From the NCBI RefSeq assembly GCF_006345805.1, contig NW_021834240.1, positions 1 to 64,000 on the forward strand: a stretch of 64,000 nt of DNA. The letters run 5' to 3'. Each line of letters starts with the position of its first letter. Within the stretch, counting starts at the first letter, position 1. The stretch is from Octopus sinensis. Its lineage: Eukaryota. A model generated the notes under the pieces. It was not told where the DNA came from. It ran no database searches and was given only the letters and a program-made list of their open reading frames with translations. This document shows, piece after piece, positions 51,028-63,540 of the stretch. The position numbers and the translations under genes are program-made.

Positions 51028-51387
51028 CTAGCACTATGACCCGGCGTTGCCGTGTCATAGTGCTAGTGCATGCATACACAGCTGTGTGCGTGTGCACATA
51101 CATGCGAGTACTGTCCAAATTGCCGACCAATCACATACAGCTAGCTGGCATTCAATTGGCGTATCAAGTTTCAGGCATTTTGATTGGGTTTTGGATAGAA
51201 AATTCACAAAAAAGTCACTTGTATTGATTTTTTAATGGCTTTGTGGGGTGACTGGGGAAATGTAAAGATGTGCACGACCACCCTTGGACGGTTTTGAATG
51301 ACCATAGAAAGTGCGAGCCCTCTAACTGAAAAATTGTGGATTTGTATAAAGGACACACACGCAGACATTTTGCCGTTTATATATATA
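51028..51387 (-). mobile_element. Second mini-Helitron-like family (H2) directly abutting the H1 copy
   Basis: Left end is CTAG inside a near-perfect hairpin (51027-51067) sharing the CCGGCGTTGC core with H1; right end ...CAGACATTTTGCCGTTTATATATATA resembles the H1 5' end. Confidence 0.65.
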
Positions 51388-51777
51388 CTAGCAGTATCGC
51401 CCGGCGTTGCTCGGGTTTGTAAGGGAAATAATTATATAAGCATTTTTAGAGATGTAAAGTATAATAGCCATCTCAATATGGCTAACCACAAAGGGGGAGG
51501 GGTGTTACTGCAGCTTTTTACGTTCTGAGATTTAATAATAAATTTTAGAGAGTTACTTCCTTATATATGTCAAAAATGGATTAAAAATGGGAAAAATTGA
51601 TGGTAAATTTTTTTTAAAATCGTAGACTCATCGTAGACGCGCGCTAATACCCAGACGGTCTCGATGAATCACAACTATAAGATACCCGTTTTGGTTAAAC
51701 TGCACCGCAAAATGTAGGAGTAGTTCGGAATCTAAATCGTAGGAGACAGACACACAACCTCACTTTTATATATAAGA
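51388..51777 (-). mobile_element. Mini-Helitron family H1
   Basis: CTAGCAGTATCGCCCGGCGTTGCTCGGG at the left end and ...CACTTTTATATATAAGA at the right end; matches the other H1 copies. Confidence 0.85.
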
Positions 51778-51936
51778 TTTCCTCTATTTACATAATATTG
51801 AGGTCTCTTTCTTTCTTTTGTTATCTTACTGTTTTTACAATATACATATAATATATATATAAATATATATATAGTTACAGAGATGTACTTGCATAGCAAG
51901 TGACTTGATCTGAGATCGTGTGCTGGAACGAAACAG

Positions 51937-52194
51937 TTGCAGCGTTGAAGGTGTTTATAAGCCATTTAAGAAACACACAAAAACCGTTACATTCACTTCA
52001 ACATTTAAATTTAATTTGTCAAATTATTTCATCGCTTTGAGACCGCGACCTGTTAGCACGATATTTTTGTCAGTGAACAGGTCGCGGTCTGAAAGCGACG
52101 AAAATATTTTGGCAAATTAAATTTAAATGTTGAAGTGAATGTAACGGTTTTTGTGTGTTTCTTAAATGGCTTACAAACACCTTCCACGCTGCAA
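51937..52194. repeat. Inverted repeat with ~118-bp arms and a 21-bp spacer
   Basis: 51937-52054 vs 52076-52194, few mismatches. Confidence 0.95.
52066..52116 (+). ncRNA. Minimal type I hammerhead ribozyme fold with a G3:C8 core variant
   Basis: Stem I TTTGTCA/TGGCAAA, core GTGAACA, extra G, stem II GTCGC/GCGAC, GAAA, palindromic stem III AATATT, H17 = U. Activity untested. Confidence 0.7.
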
Positions 52195-52429
52195 TATATA
52201 TATACACACATATATATATATGTATGTATGTGTTATATGTGTATGCATGTATGTGTGTGTGTTGGTGTCTGTGCTTGTGATTGTCCTCCACCACTGCTTG
52301 ACAACGAATATTGGTTTGTTTACATCCCTGTCACCTAGTGGTTTGACAAAGGAAACAGATAGAATAAGTACAATGCTTACAAAAATAAAACGAGTTCAAG
52401 GCATGAGAAAGCTTGAGTTTACATGAGAA

Positions 52430-52806
52430 GGCCTAACAGACCTGGCAGAAACAGCAGCCAAATCTCCCTCAAATCACACCTTACTGTCTTATGTATGTAT
52501 ATATATATGAGCCAATGAGGGGGACCTCTACATGGTAGCTAGACCTGGTAGAAATAGCAGCCAAATTTCTCCCAAATCACACCTTACTGTCTTATCTATG
52601 TATATATGTATGTATGAGCCTATGAGGGAGACCCCTACATGGCAGCTAGACCTGGTAGAAATAGCAGCCAAATTTCCCCCAAATCACACCTTACTGTCTT
52701 ATCTATATGTATGTATGAGCCTATGAGGGAGACCCCTACATGGCAGCTAGACATGGTAGAAATAGCAGCCAAATCTCCCTCAAATCACACCTTACTGTCT
52801 TATCTT
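52430..52806 (+). repeat. Second short array (~3.5 units) of the 107-bp monomer family
   Basis: Same AGAAATAGCAGCCAAAT...CAAATCACACC...GAGCC.ATGAGGGAGACC.CTACATGG.AGCTAGACCTGG unit with variant bases. Confidence 0.92.
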
Positions 52807-52919
52807 TCTGCTACTTGGATATAGGTGTTATATTCGTTGTAAAAAAACTTTCCTGTCACACACTCACGCACACGCACACACACACGCACACACACGCACC
52901 CTCACACACACACACACGT

Positions 52920-52979
<60 letters not shown>

Positions 52980-53639
52980 GCGCACGTTAGCTTACAATTT
53001 TATTTATATATTTGCGTCTATGTTTGAAAGAGGAAGTGGGAGGCAGAGTGAAAGAATCACTCACTACAGTAAGTCAATTACTTTCATTTTATTCGTTGCC
53101 CACTGTGTGTGTGCGTTTGCGTGTGGTGTAAACCAGACTAAGAAAAGCATTTGACACACATACCAGAATGTGAGTTTTCTGTAAATTTTGCTTAATTGGA
53201 GTTTAAATTTTAAAAACTGGACCTGGCATGACGCGATGCATTGTACTCTTAAAAATGCAAGGTAAATTGTAATTGAAGAAATCCTATATTGTAGATTTGT
53301 ATAACTCCCAAAGGGAGGCAGATAAAATCTGCCTTTTATAATAAGAGATAGAGATATTACTCTACCTCTGGTATTTGAGTACTATTTTTTCCACCTTGTT
53401 TCGCATTTATGTGCTTACTCTGGTATATATAATGTATATATACACACATATACATACAAGTAATCACTTGCTATATCGCACTCAGTAAATTGCAGATTTT
53501 TCTGGCTAATATAAGTAAATTTATATCTCAGGTTTCTCTGGCTGATAAGTATTTAGATTATTTTAGATTTTAATTATTTCTGTAGGAGGTTTTGGAATGT
53601 AACACCTACAACAGTCAAGGGATTACTGTATACGGATTT

Positions 53640-53810
53640 CCAATTGAGGAGGGAGCATCTGGAAGGGGTAGACCAAGGAAGACATGGGACAAAGTGGTGT
53701 GAGGGGGATCTTCAGACGTTGGGCCTCACGAGGGGGAATAACAGGGAATTGAGATTCCAGGATTCCAGGCAACTTGCTGTGATTCAGAAGACACGTCAAG
53801 CTAATTAAAA
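53640..53810 (+). mobile_element. RTE LINE ORF2 C-terminal fragment
   Basis: GRGRPRKTWDKVV*GDLQTLGLT remnant. Confidence 0.75.
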
Positions 53811-53879
53811 GCATGGTTGTCCTTGCGTGCAGGTAGATCTCCTCCATCCCTCTTCAGCTGAGTGATCCTAATCCTGCGG

Positions 53880-54290
53880 TTCGACCAAGGTCTGGGAAGC
53901 CAGGAGGCTGCACCAGGCTCCAGTCTGATCTGGCAATGTTTCTACGGCTGGATGCCCTTCCTAACGCCAACCACTCCGTGAGTGTAGTGGGTGCTTTTTA
54001 CGTGCCACCGGCACAGGTGCCAGGGGAGGCTGGCAATGGCCATGATCGGTTGGTGCTTTTTACGTGCCCCTGGCACAGGTGCCAGGCGAGGCTGGCAACA
54101 GCCATGAATCGGTTGGTGCTTTTTACGTGCCCCTGGCACAGGTGCCAGGCGAGGCTGGCAACAGCCATGAATCGGTTGGTGCTTTTTACGTGCCACCGGC
54201 ACAGAAGCCAGTCAAGGCGGTGCTGGCATCGGCCACGTTCGGATGGTGCTTTTTATGTGCCACCAGCACAGGGATCACAACTACAATTTC
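53880..54290 (-). mobile_element. Family D with expanded internal subrepeats (exact 58-bp duplication)
   Basis: Four GGTGCTTTTTACGTGCC units. Confidence 0.8.
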
Positions 54291-54984
54291 CATTGATTTT
54301 TGATGTTGGTGTACTTGACTCAATAGGTCTCCTCAAGCACAGGGTCAAAACAGTGTTTCTTTACATGCCACTTGCACGAGAGTCAGTCCAGCGTCACTGC
54401 CAACGGCCGGGTGCCAGTGAAAGGATTTGGTTCAATTTCAATTTGGTTCAATTTCGAGTTTAGAGTCCAAAGAAGGAAAGGTACGCATAAATAATATTGT
54501 GTAGAACTGAGACTTGAGCCAAAAACAGTGTAAAAGTCTCTCCTTCCTTCTTTTTGTTCTCTTTGATTCAAATCTCATTGCTATGAGGCCCCACCAGTGT
54601 GTCCATGTGGGTGAGGCATACATGAACCATTGGAATTTCGTTCCACATGGCATGTGGAAGATTGAAGCGGCACATGAACATTCATAATAGACAAGCAGCA
54701 AAACTGAAGGCCAACGTGGAAATGAGACACTGTTGCAGAATATGGGATCAGCTGTTTGGGTCTTTCGGGGCTCAAAGGACATTGAAGATTTCACACTGGG
54801 AAACAGTAATTATGGGAACAAAAAGGGGTTAAGCTCTGAAAGGAGTAGATAACCACCATATATATATATTAGAAGAAATGAGGGACTCAGAAATCTGGAG
54901 GGTTTTATATTTACAGATTTTTATTGATATGTCATATGTAGGATTTTATAAAAACATGTGTGTGTATATATATATGTAGTGTGG

Positions 54985-55240
54985 TGGGTGCTTTTTATGT
55001 GCCACCGACACAGGTGCCAGACGAGACAGGTGCCAGCCTCATCTGGCACCTGTGCCAGTGGCACATAAAAAGCACGCACTACACTCATGGAGTGGTTGGC
55101 ATTAGGAAGGGCATCCAGCTGTAGAAACACTGCCAGATCAGACTGGAGCCCGCTGCAGCCTTCGGGCTCCCCAGACCCCAGTTGAACCGTCCAACCCATA
55201 CTAGCATGGAAAGCGGACGTTAAACGATGATGATGATGAT
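54985..55240 (+). mobile_element. Family D retroposon
   Basis: (GAT)n tail. Confidence 0.8.
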
Positions 55241-55274
<34 letters not shown>

Positions 55275-55468
55275 TTCAGCAAAACAATTTAGATTCAAAT
55301 GAATATGGTACTTAATTTAGATGCAACAGAATTTTTTTATGGTATTACCCATAAAATTACGTGGGGTGATTATAACCAAAAAATAAGCAACAAGTATGGA
55401 TCGGTAGTTTAGTACAATTGTTTCATACTATAAACATTTTATTAAAGCTGGTTATATATATATATACT

Positions 55469-55834
55469 CTCTTTTACTCTTTTTACTCTTTTACTTGTTT
55501 CAGTCATTTGACTGCGGCCATGCTGGAGCACCGTCTTTAGTCGAGCAAATCGACCCCAGGACTTATTCTTTGTAAGCCCAGTACTTATTTTATCGGTCTC
55601 CTTTGCCCAACCGCTAAGTGACGGGGACGTAACACACCAGCATCGGTTGTCAAGCAATGCTAGGGGGACAAACACAGACACACATATATATATATATACA
55701 TATATACGACAGGCTTCTTTCAGTTTCCGTCTACAAAATCCACTCACAAGGCATTGGTCGGCCCGGGGCTATAGCAGAAGACACTTGCCCAAGGTGCCAT
55801 GCAGTGGGACTGAACCCTGAACCATGTGGTTGGT
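55469..55834 (-). mobile_element. SINE A
   Basis: Core and tail, head clipped. Confidence 0.87.
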
Positions 55835-55952
55835 TGTGACATATCAATAAAAATCTGTAAATATAAAACCATCCAGATTTCTGAGTACCTCATTTCTTCT
55901 AATATATAATACCTGTACATCACCTCCAAACATTCTAATATATATATATATA

Positions 55953-56450
55953 TCATCATCGTCGTTTAACGTCCGTTCTCCATGCTAGCATGGGTTGGAC
56001 GGTTCGACCGGGGTTCTGGGAAGCCAGAAGGCTGCACAGGCTCCAGTCTAATTTGGCAATGTTTCTACAGCTGGATGCCCTTCCTAACGCCAACCACTCC
56101 GTGATGTAGTGGGTGCTTTTTACGTGCCACCTGCACAGGTGCCAGGCGGGGCTGGAACGTCCACGGTCAGATTGGTGTATTTTATGTGCCACCGCACGGA
56201 AGCCAGTCGAGGCGGTGCTGGCATCGGCCACGAGTCGGATAGTGCTTTTTACGTACCACCAGACCAGGGATCCTGGCTGGTTCAATTCGATTTCGATTTC
56301 GCTTGCCCCAACATGTCTCACAAGCAAAGGGGGTTGGCAAGGGTGCCTGTCGTACGGTCGCATTGGAGTATTTTAACGTGCCCGGCAACGAGTCGGATAG
56401 TGCTTTTTACGTACCACCAGACCAGGATCCTGGCTGGTTCAATTCGATTT
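55953..56450 (-). mobile_element. Family D retroposon with a local duplication
   Basis: (CAT)n start; 56230-56300 is repeated at 56385-56452. Confidence 0.78.
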
Positions 56451-56586
56451 CGATTATATATAATCAAAATAAGCAACAAGGATATCCAAGGTAGTGTAGT
56501 ACAATCATTTCATGCTACTCAATTTAATTTAAACAATGTAAGTATGCCTTAAGTACCATATTCATCTGAATCTAAATTTTGCTGAA

Positions 56587-56636
<50 letters not shown>

Positions 56637-56639
56637 CTG

Positions 56640-56900
56640 AGTGGCTCCTGTACCGGTAGCACATAAGAAGCACCATTTGAACGTGGTGGATGCCAGTGCT
56701 GACAGACTGGCCCCTACGCCAGTGGTACATAAAAAGCACCCATTGGAGTGGTTGGTGTTATGAAGGGCATCCAGCTGTAGAAACATTGCTAGATCAGAAT
56801 GGAGCCTGGTGTGGCCTCCTGGCTAGCCAGCCCCAATTCAAACTGTCCAACTCATGCCAGCATGGAAAACAGACATGAAACGATGATGATGATGATATAC
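56640..56900 (+). mobile_element. Family D retroposon, diverged
   Basis: (GAT)n tail. Confidence 0.72.
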
Positions 56901-57216
56901 ATATATATATATATATATATGTGTATGTTCTAATTTTTAAAACTTTCTGATATTTGATAAGACGAGATTCATCAAAACTGGTAATATCTTTTTGATACAA
57001 TTTTTTAAATAATGTTTTGAAATTATTTTTATCAAATTCCTTCTGAAATTGAAATGTCTTACACTCCCTTCTGTGCTATTTTCCCCCTCCGTTCTTTATA
57101 TATATAAAAATTTGATTTGTATAGATCTCTAATCTTTTATCGGCTATATATAGACATACTAATGCATCTTTTTCCTGACTTATGACCTCTTAGACAACTC
57201 ACATATATATATATTG

Positions 57217-57619
57217 CTGTGTGGTAAGTAGCTTGCCTACCAACCACATGGTTCCGGGTTCAGTCCCACTGCGTGGCATCTTCGGCAAGTGTCTTCTGCT
57301 ATAGCCCCGGGCGACCAAAGCCTGTGAGTGGATTTGGTAGACGGAAACTGAAAGAAGCCTGTCGTATATATATATGTATATATATATATGTATGTAGTTG
57401 GTGTTATGTTGTGTGTCTGTGTTTGTCCCTCTAGCATTGCTTGACAACCGATGCTGGTGTGTTTTTACGTCCCCGTCACTTAGCGGTTCGGCAAAAGAGA
57501 CCGATAGAATAAGTACTGGGCTTACAAAGAATAAGTCCTGGGGTCAATTTGCTCGACTAAAGGCGGTGCTCCAGCATAGCCGCAGTCAAATGACTGAAAC
57601 AACTAAAAGAGTAAAAAAG
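57217..57619 (+). mobile_element. SINE A
   Basis: Head, core and tail. Confidence 0.87.
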
Positions 57620-57934
57620 TGAGAGTATATATATCCTCATCATTATCATCATTTCACGTCCATTGTCCATGATCACATGGGTTGGACAGTTTCACTGGGG
57701 CTGGTCATGCTGGAAGGCTGCACCAGACTCCAGTCTCATTCGGCATGGTTTTCTACATCTGGATGTCCTTCCTAATGCCAACCACTCTGAGAGTGTAATG
57801 GACATTTGCGCAACACCGGTGTCTGTCACTTGGATGGGTCTTCTTCTCACGCACAACACAATGCCAAAGGTCTTGGTCAGTGCGTCCGTGAGGCCCAACG
57901 CTCTAAGGGAACTCGGCCACTTTGCCCCCCTATG

Positions 57935-58262
57935 AAGGTGCATGGCTCAGTGGTTAAAACAGCAGGCTCACAATCATGAGGTAGTGAGTTCAATTCCTGG
58001 ACCGGGTTGTGTGTTTGTGTTCTTGAGCAAGACTCTTTATTTCACGTTGCTCCAGTTCACTCAGTTATAGAAATGGGTTGCAATGTCAATGGTGCCAAGC
58101 TGTATCGGCCCCTTTGCTTTTCCCTTGGATAACATCAGTGGCAGGGAGTGGGGGGTTGGTATGCATGGACGACTGCTGGTCTTCCCTAAAACAACCAAAT
58201 TTGTGCCTCAGAGGGGGACTTCCTAGGTGCAATCATTTGGTCATTCATGACTGAAGGGACTC
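57935..58262 (+). mobile_element. SINE C
   Basis: Colinear with 7439-7781. Confidence 0.85.
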
Positions 58263-58305
58263 CTTTGTCTCTCTCTAAATATATATGTGAGTGTGTTTAT
58301 ATATA

Positions 58306-58590
58306 TCATCATCATCGTTTAACATCCATTTTCCATGCTAGCATGGGTTGGATGGTTCAACTGGGGTCTGTGAAGCCAGAAGGCTGCACCAGGCCCAGTC
58401 TGATCTGGCAGTGTTTCTACAGCTGGATGCCCTTCCTAACGCCAACCACTCCGTGAGTGTAGTGGGTGCTTTTTATGTGCCAGACGGAGCTAACGGCCAC
58501 GGACGAATGGTGCTTTTTACGTGCCACCGGCACGGGGGCCAGGCGGGGCTGGCAACGGCCACGAATGGATGGTGCTTTTTACGGGCCACC
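58306..58590 (-). mobile_element. Family D retroposon
   Basis: Family body. Confidence 0.8.
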
Positions 58591-58708
58591 ATATATATAT
58601 ATATATATGTATATACACACATACATGCAGTTTCTATCTACCAATTCCAGTTTCTATACAATTTCTGAATACCAAATTCTGTTCATATATGTAATATATA
58701 TAGATACA

Positions 58709-58739
<31 letters not shown>

Positions 58740-58744
58740 GTGTG

Positions 58745-58958
58745 TGTGCCTATATGTTTGTCGCCCGACCATCACTTGACAACCGATGTTGGTATGTTTA
58801 CATCCTTGTACCTTAGCAGTTCGTCAAAACAGACTGACAGAATAAGTACTCCTAGGCTTACAAAGAATAAGTCCCGGGGTTGATTTGCTCGACTAAAAGG
58901 CGGTGCTCCAGCATGGCCACAGTCAAATGACTGAAACAAGTATAAAAGAGTAAAAGAG
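58745..58958 (+). mobile_element. SINE A, 3' half
   Basis: Tail motif. Confidence 0.78.
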
Positions 58959-59258
58959 AGACACACTCACACACACACCCGTACATATTTACATAAGTGT
59001 GCACACCTACACACACTGTGCTTACCTGGGGATGAAGTGGGGAGGAATAGAAGAATGCCAGCACAGGTAATATATATATATATATATATATATAAGATGA
59101 GGTGGTGGTGGAAGAGGAGAGTAAGCGTATGTAGGAACATATATGTATGTGTGTATATATTTATGCAAACACACACACACACTCATACACAGGAGAGGAG
59201 ATGGAGTGGGAGGGGGCTGAAGGTCAAGTAGAATTACTGAGGCAGGAAATAATTCTTA

Positions 59259-59317
<59 letters not shown>

Positions 59318-60260
59318 ATACACACACACACACCAATCTCTAGCATGTGGTTTTGGGGAGATATAAGTAGGCTGGAATATCTCTATACACATACTGTGTA
59401 TATATATATATATATGTGTGTATGTGTGTGTGTGTATATACATACATATATATATACATACACATATACTTACATATACACCCATACATATACACACACA
59501 TATACATACACAAATATATACACATACACACATACATATACACACACATATACATACACAAATATATACACATACACACATACATATACACACACATACA
59601 CAAATATATACACATACACACACATATATACACATACACACATACATATATACACACATACATATGCACATACATTTATACACATACATATATATACATA
59701 TGCACATACACACATTTATAAACATACATACACATATATACATACACACATACACATATATATATAAACATACATACACATATATATATAAACATACATA
59801 CACATATATATATAAACATACATACATACACATATATACATACACACATACATACATATATACATACACACATACATACATATATACATACACACATACA
59901 TACATATATACATACACACATACATACATATATATATATATACATACACACATAGAGAGAGAGAGAGAGATATACAGGTGCAGGCAATGACTTCAAGAGA
60001 AATTTAGCAAGGTGGAAGAACACTGCCTGCAGGGGCACCCTGCCCCCAGATGAGAAGAGGCAGGAGGTCGGATTCTCAAAATTCAAGGGGCAGATCAGCT
60101 CCTTCAGCAGGGCCCCCCCACTAAAGATCCCCCTCCACTTCTAATCTACTGCCTGAGACCCTCTTGCCTCCGGAAAAGCTGGCAAAGAAAGAAATTAATG
60201 AGAGTTAGAAGTTTTACAACCTCTAAATTAGAAAAAAAAAAGGGACTCTGTGTCCCCTAG

Positions 60261-60639
60261 GCACAGGAGTGGCTGTGTGGTAAGTAGCTTGTTTACCAAC
60301 CACATGGTTCCGGGTTCAGTCCCACTGCATGGCACCTTGGGCAAGTGTCTTCTACTATAGCCTCGGGCCGACCAAAGCCTTGTGAGTGGATTTGGTAGAC
60401 GGAAACTGAAAGAAGCCCGTCGTATATATGTGTGTTTGTGTGTCTGTGTTTGTCCCCCTAGCATTGCTTGACAACCGATGCTGGTGTGTTTACGTCCCCG
60501 TCACTTAGCGGTTCGGCAAAAAGAGACCGATAGAATAAGTACTGGGCTTACAAAAAAGAATAAGTCCCGGGGTCGATTTGCTCGACTAAAGGCGGTGCTC
60601 CAGCATGGCCGCAGTCAAATGACTGAAAAGAGTAAAAGA
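60261..60639 (+). mobile_element. SINE A, full length
   Basis: Head, core and tail. Confidence 0.9.
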
Positions 60640-60646
60640 GAGAGAG

Positions 60647-60647
<1 letters not shown>

Positions 60648-60726
<79 letters not shown>
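60648..60726 (+). repeat. Pure (GT)n microsatellite
   Basis: About 38 uninterrupted units. Confidence 0.97.
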
Positions 60727-60856
60727 GTTTGTACAAAATGAAATGAGAAACAGGAAGCAGAATCCAAGATGTGGAGCAGAATATATTAAAAATGGGGGAA
60801 ACCCGGTTTATGAGATTACGTTAGGTTTCCTGTCCATAAAGGGTTTCGTTGTGTTT

Positions 60857-61472
60857 GTGTGGCTGTGTGGTAAGAAGCTTGTTTACCAACCACATGGTTC
60901 CTGGTTCAGTCCCACTGCGTGGCACCTTGGGCAAGTGTCTTCAACTGGGGCCAACCAATGTCTTCTGAATGGATTTGATAGACGGAAACTGAAAGAAGCC
61001 CATATGTTTGTGTGTGTGTGTGTGTGTATCTGTCTCCCCACCATCGCTTGACAACTGATGCTGGTGTGTTTACGTCGCTGTAACCGAGTGGTTCAGCAAA
61101 AGAGACCGATAGAACAAGTACAGGGCTTACAAAGAGTAAGTCCTGGGGTTGATTTGCTCGACTAAAGGCGGTGCTCCAGCATGGCCACAGTCAAATGACT
61201 GAAACAGGACCGCCATATATGTGTGTGTGTGTGTGTGTGCGTGAGTGCGTGTATACGTATCTGTGTGCTTTTGTGTCTATCACCCCCACCATTGCCTGAC
61301 AACTGATGTTGGTGTGTTTATGTTCCCATAACTTAGCACTTCAGCAAAAGAGACCGATATAATATGTAATAAGCTGAATATGTCTTGGGGTCAATTCGTT
61401 TGACTAAAACCCTTGAAGGTGGTGCTCCAGTATGGCTGCACTTAAATGACTGAAACAAGTAAAAGAATAAAA
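60857..61472 (+). mobile_element. SINE A (60857-61208) plus a diverged 3' half (61262-61472)
   Basis: Family motifs. Confidence 0.8.
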
Positions 61473-61557
61473 GTATGTGTGTATATATATATACACACAC
61501 TCACACATACTGTGTATATTTATGTGTGAGTATATATATATATGCATACATATATAA

Positions 61558-61787
61558 AGTTAATCCAAAGATGAAAACACAAAGAGAAAACACAACAACG
61601 CAAGGACGTGGAACAAGTATAATATTATTGGACTCTCAGGAAAGAAGGAGGGTTTAACGTTTCAAGCGGAGCTCTTCGTCGGAAACATAGGAAAAGGAAA
61701 GATCCAGAGAAGGGAAGACAGAGGAAAAAAAAAAAAAAAATCGACAACAGTACACACGCGGCACATTTTGAATGACCGGAAGGGAAT
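61558..61787 (-). mobile_element. Family G copy; hammerhead-like motif at 61652-61686
   Basis: Near-identical to the 19562 and 26142 copies. Confidence 0.62.
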
Positions 61788-62396
61788 ATATATATATATA
61801 TATATATTTGGGGAAAATTCTTGTAGAATGCTATGCAAAGCTCATCCACATTTACTGGCAACCTGATGTCATCATAATACAGTGGACATGTCCCTGCTAG
61901 TGGATATCAAGAATTCTACAGTTTCTGTTGATTTTATATAAACAATAAGAGATGGAATGAGCGACATTCTTTATTTAAAACTCTCTACAACCGTTTCAAC
62001 CTTACAGTTTGGACTTATTCAAACAATCACCTGAGAAGGTGCATTTTACACATTAGACGGATGGTAATGATTACACAACATCGTACTGCTGGTGTAGAAA
62101 GGTGTAGAAACAATTGTTGGGATTTTGAATAAGTGATGTATTTCGCTATCATTCATTTAGCTATTTGTCATCCTCATGTCCACTTTTCTATGCTGGCATG
62201 GGTCAGACGAGGTTATTGAGACAGGGTTTCTACGGATGAATGCCCTTCCTGTCACCAAACCTCACCTGTTTCCAAGCAAGGTAATATCTTCCCATGGAAG
62301 ACTGGAAACAGGACAGCATTTGCAGGATTGTGATACTTGCTTACAGCTTTTACACAATATCTCAACAAATAGACACTGACACATATACGACAGGCT

Positions 62397-62591
62397 TACT
62401 CTTTTACTTGTTTCAGTCATTTGACTGCGGCCATGCTGGAGCACCGCCTGTAGTCGAGCAAATTGACCCCGGGACTTATTCTTTGTAAGCCCAGTACTTA
62501 TTCTATCGGTCTCTTTTGCCCAACTGCTAAGTGACGGGGACGTAAACACACCAGCATCGGTTGTCAAGCAATGCTAGGGCGACAAACACAG

Positions 62592-62622
<31 letters not shown>

Positions 62623-62772
62623 CGACAGGCTTCTTTCAGTTTCTGTCTACCAAATCCACTCACGTGGCTTTGGTCAGCCCAAGGTTATAATACAAGACAC
62701 TTGCCGAAGATGCCACGCAGTGGAACTGAACCCGCAACCATGTGGTTGGTTAGCAAGCTACTTACCACATAG
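62397..62772 (-). mobile_element. SINE A
   Basis: Head, core and tail. Confidence 0.87.
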
Positions 62773-63313
62773 CACTTTCCCTATACTAAATCCACTGACA
62801 GAGATTTTGGCTGGCCCAGGACTATAGAAGACACTGGCTTAAAGTGCTATGCTGTGGGATTGAACCCAGAACCACAGAGTTGAGAAGCAAACTGCTCAGC
62901 ACACAACCACACCAGCATGTAGGTACTGACACACACATGACTATGCTCCACTGAAGAGGTCGAATAAAACAGAAACATGTCAATCACAATCACTTACACC
63001 ACCAGATACACTACAAACTCTATGGTCTACACCCTGTAGTCCATTTCAATCGTCTGAGTTCATCAGAGTAATTTCCCTTGAGATATCGTTTTTTTCCATT
63101 TTTAACACTCCGAGAGGGAGTATCATTTTAGTAATTGCAATGATAGACCCAGTTAATCTTAGTTCTTCAGTTCACTATACGTGTGAACCCAACTGATGGC
63201 GTGTATTACACACACACACACTGGTGTTTTAGCTTTAGACAATGACGATAGACAATCCAGCCGTGACTATCTAATAAGTCTCTGCTTGCCTCAAAGACAC
63301 ACGAGATCTGATA

Positions 63314-63540
63314 CCTATTTCTTTATTACCCACAAGGGGCTAAACACAGAGGGGACAAACAAGAACAGACAAACGGATTAAGTTGATTATATCGACCCCC
63401 AATGCGTAACTGGTACTTATTTAATCGACCCCGAAAGGATGAAAGGCAAAGTCGACCTCGGCGGAATTTGAACTCAGAACGTAATGGCAAAGGAAATACG
63501 GCTACGCAATTCGTCCGACGTGCTAACGTTTCTGCCAGCA
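63314..63540 (-). mobile_element. SINE B
   Basis: Colinear with 4094-4324. Confidence 0.87.

Noticed and set aside
59985-60155. ~55-codon open frame in unique GC-richer sequence; similar case at 63720-63830
   Set aside because: No homology recognised and splice signals are ambiguous.
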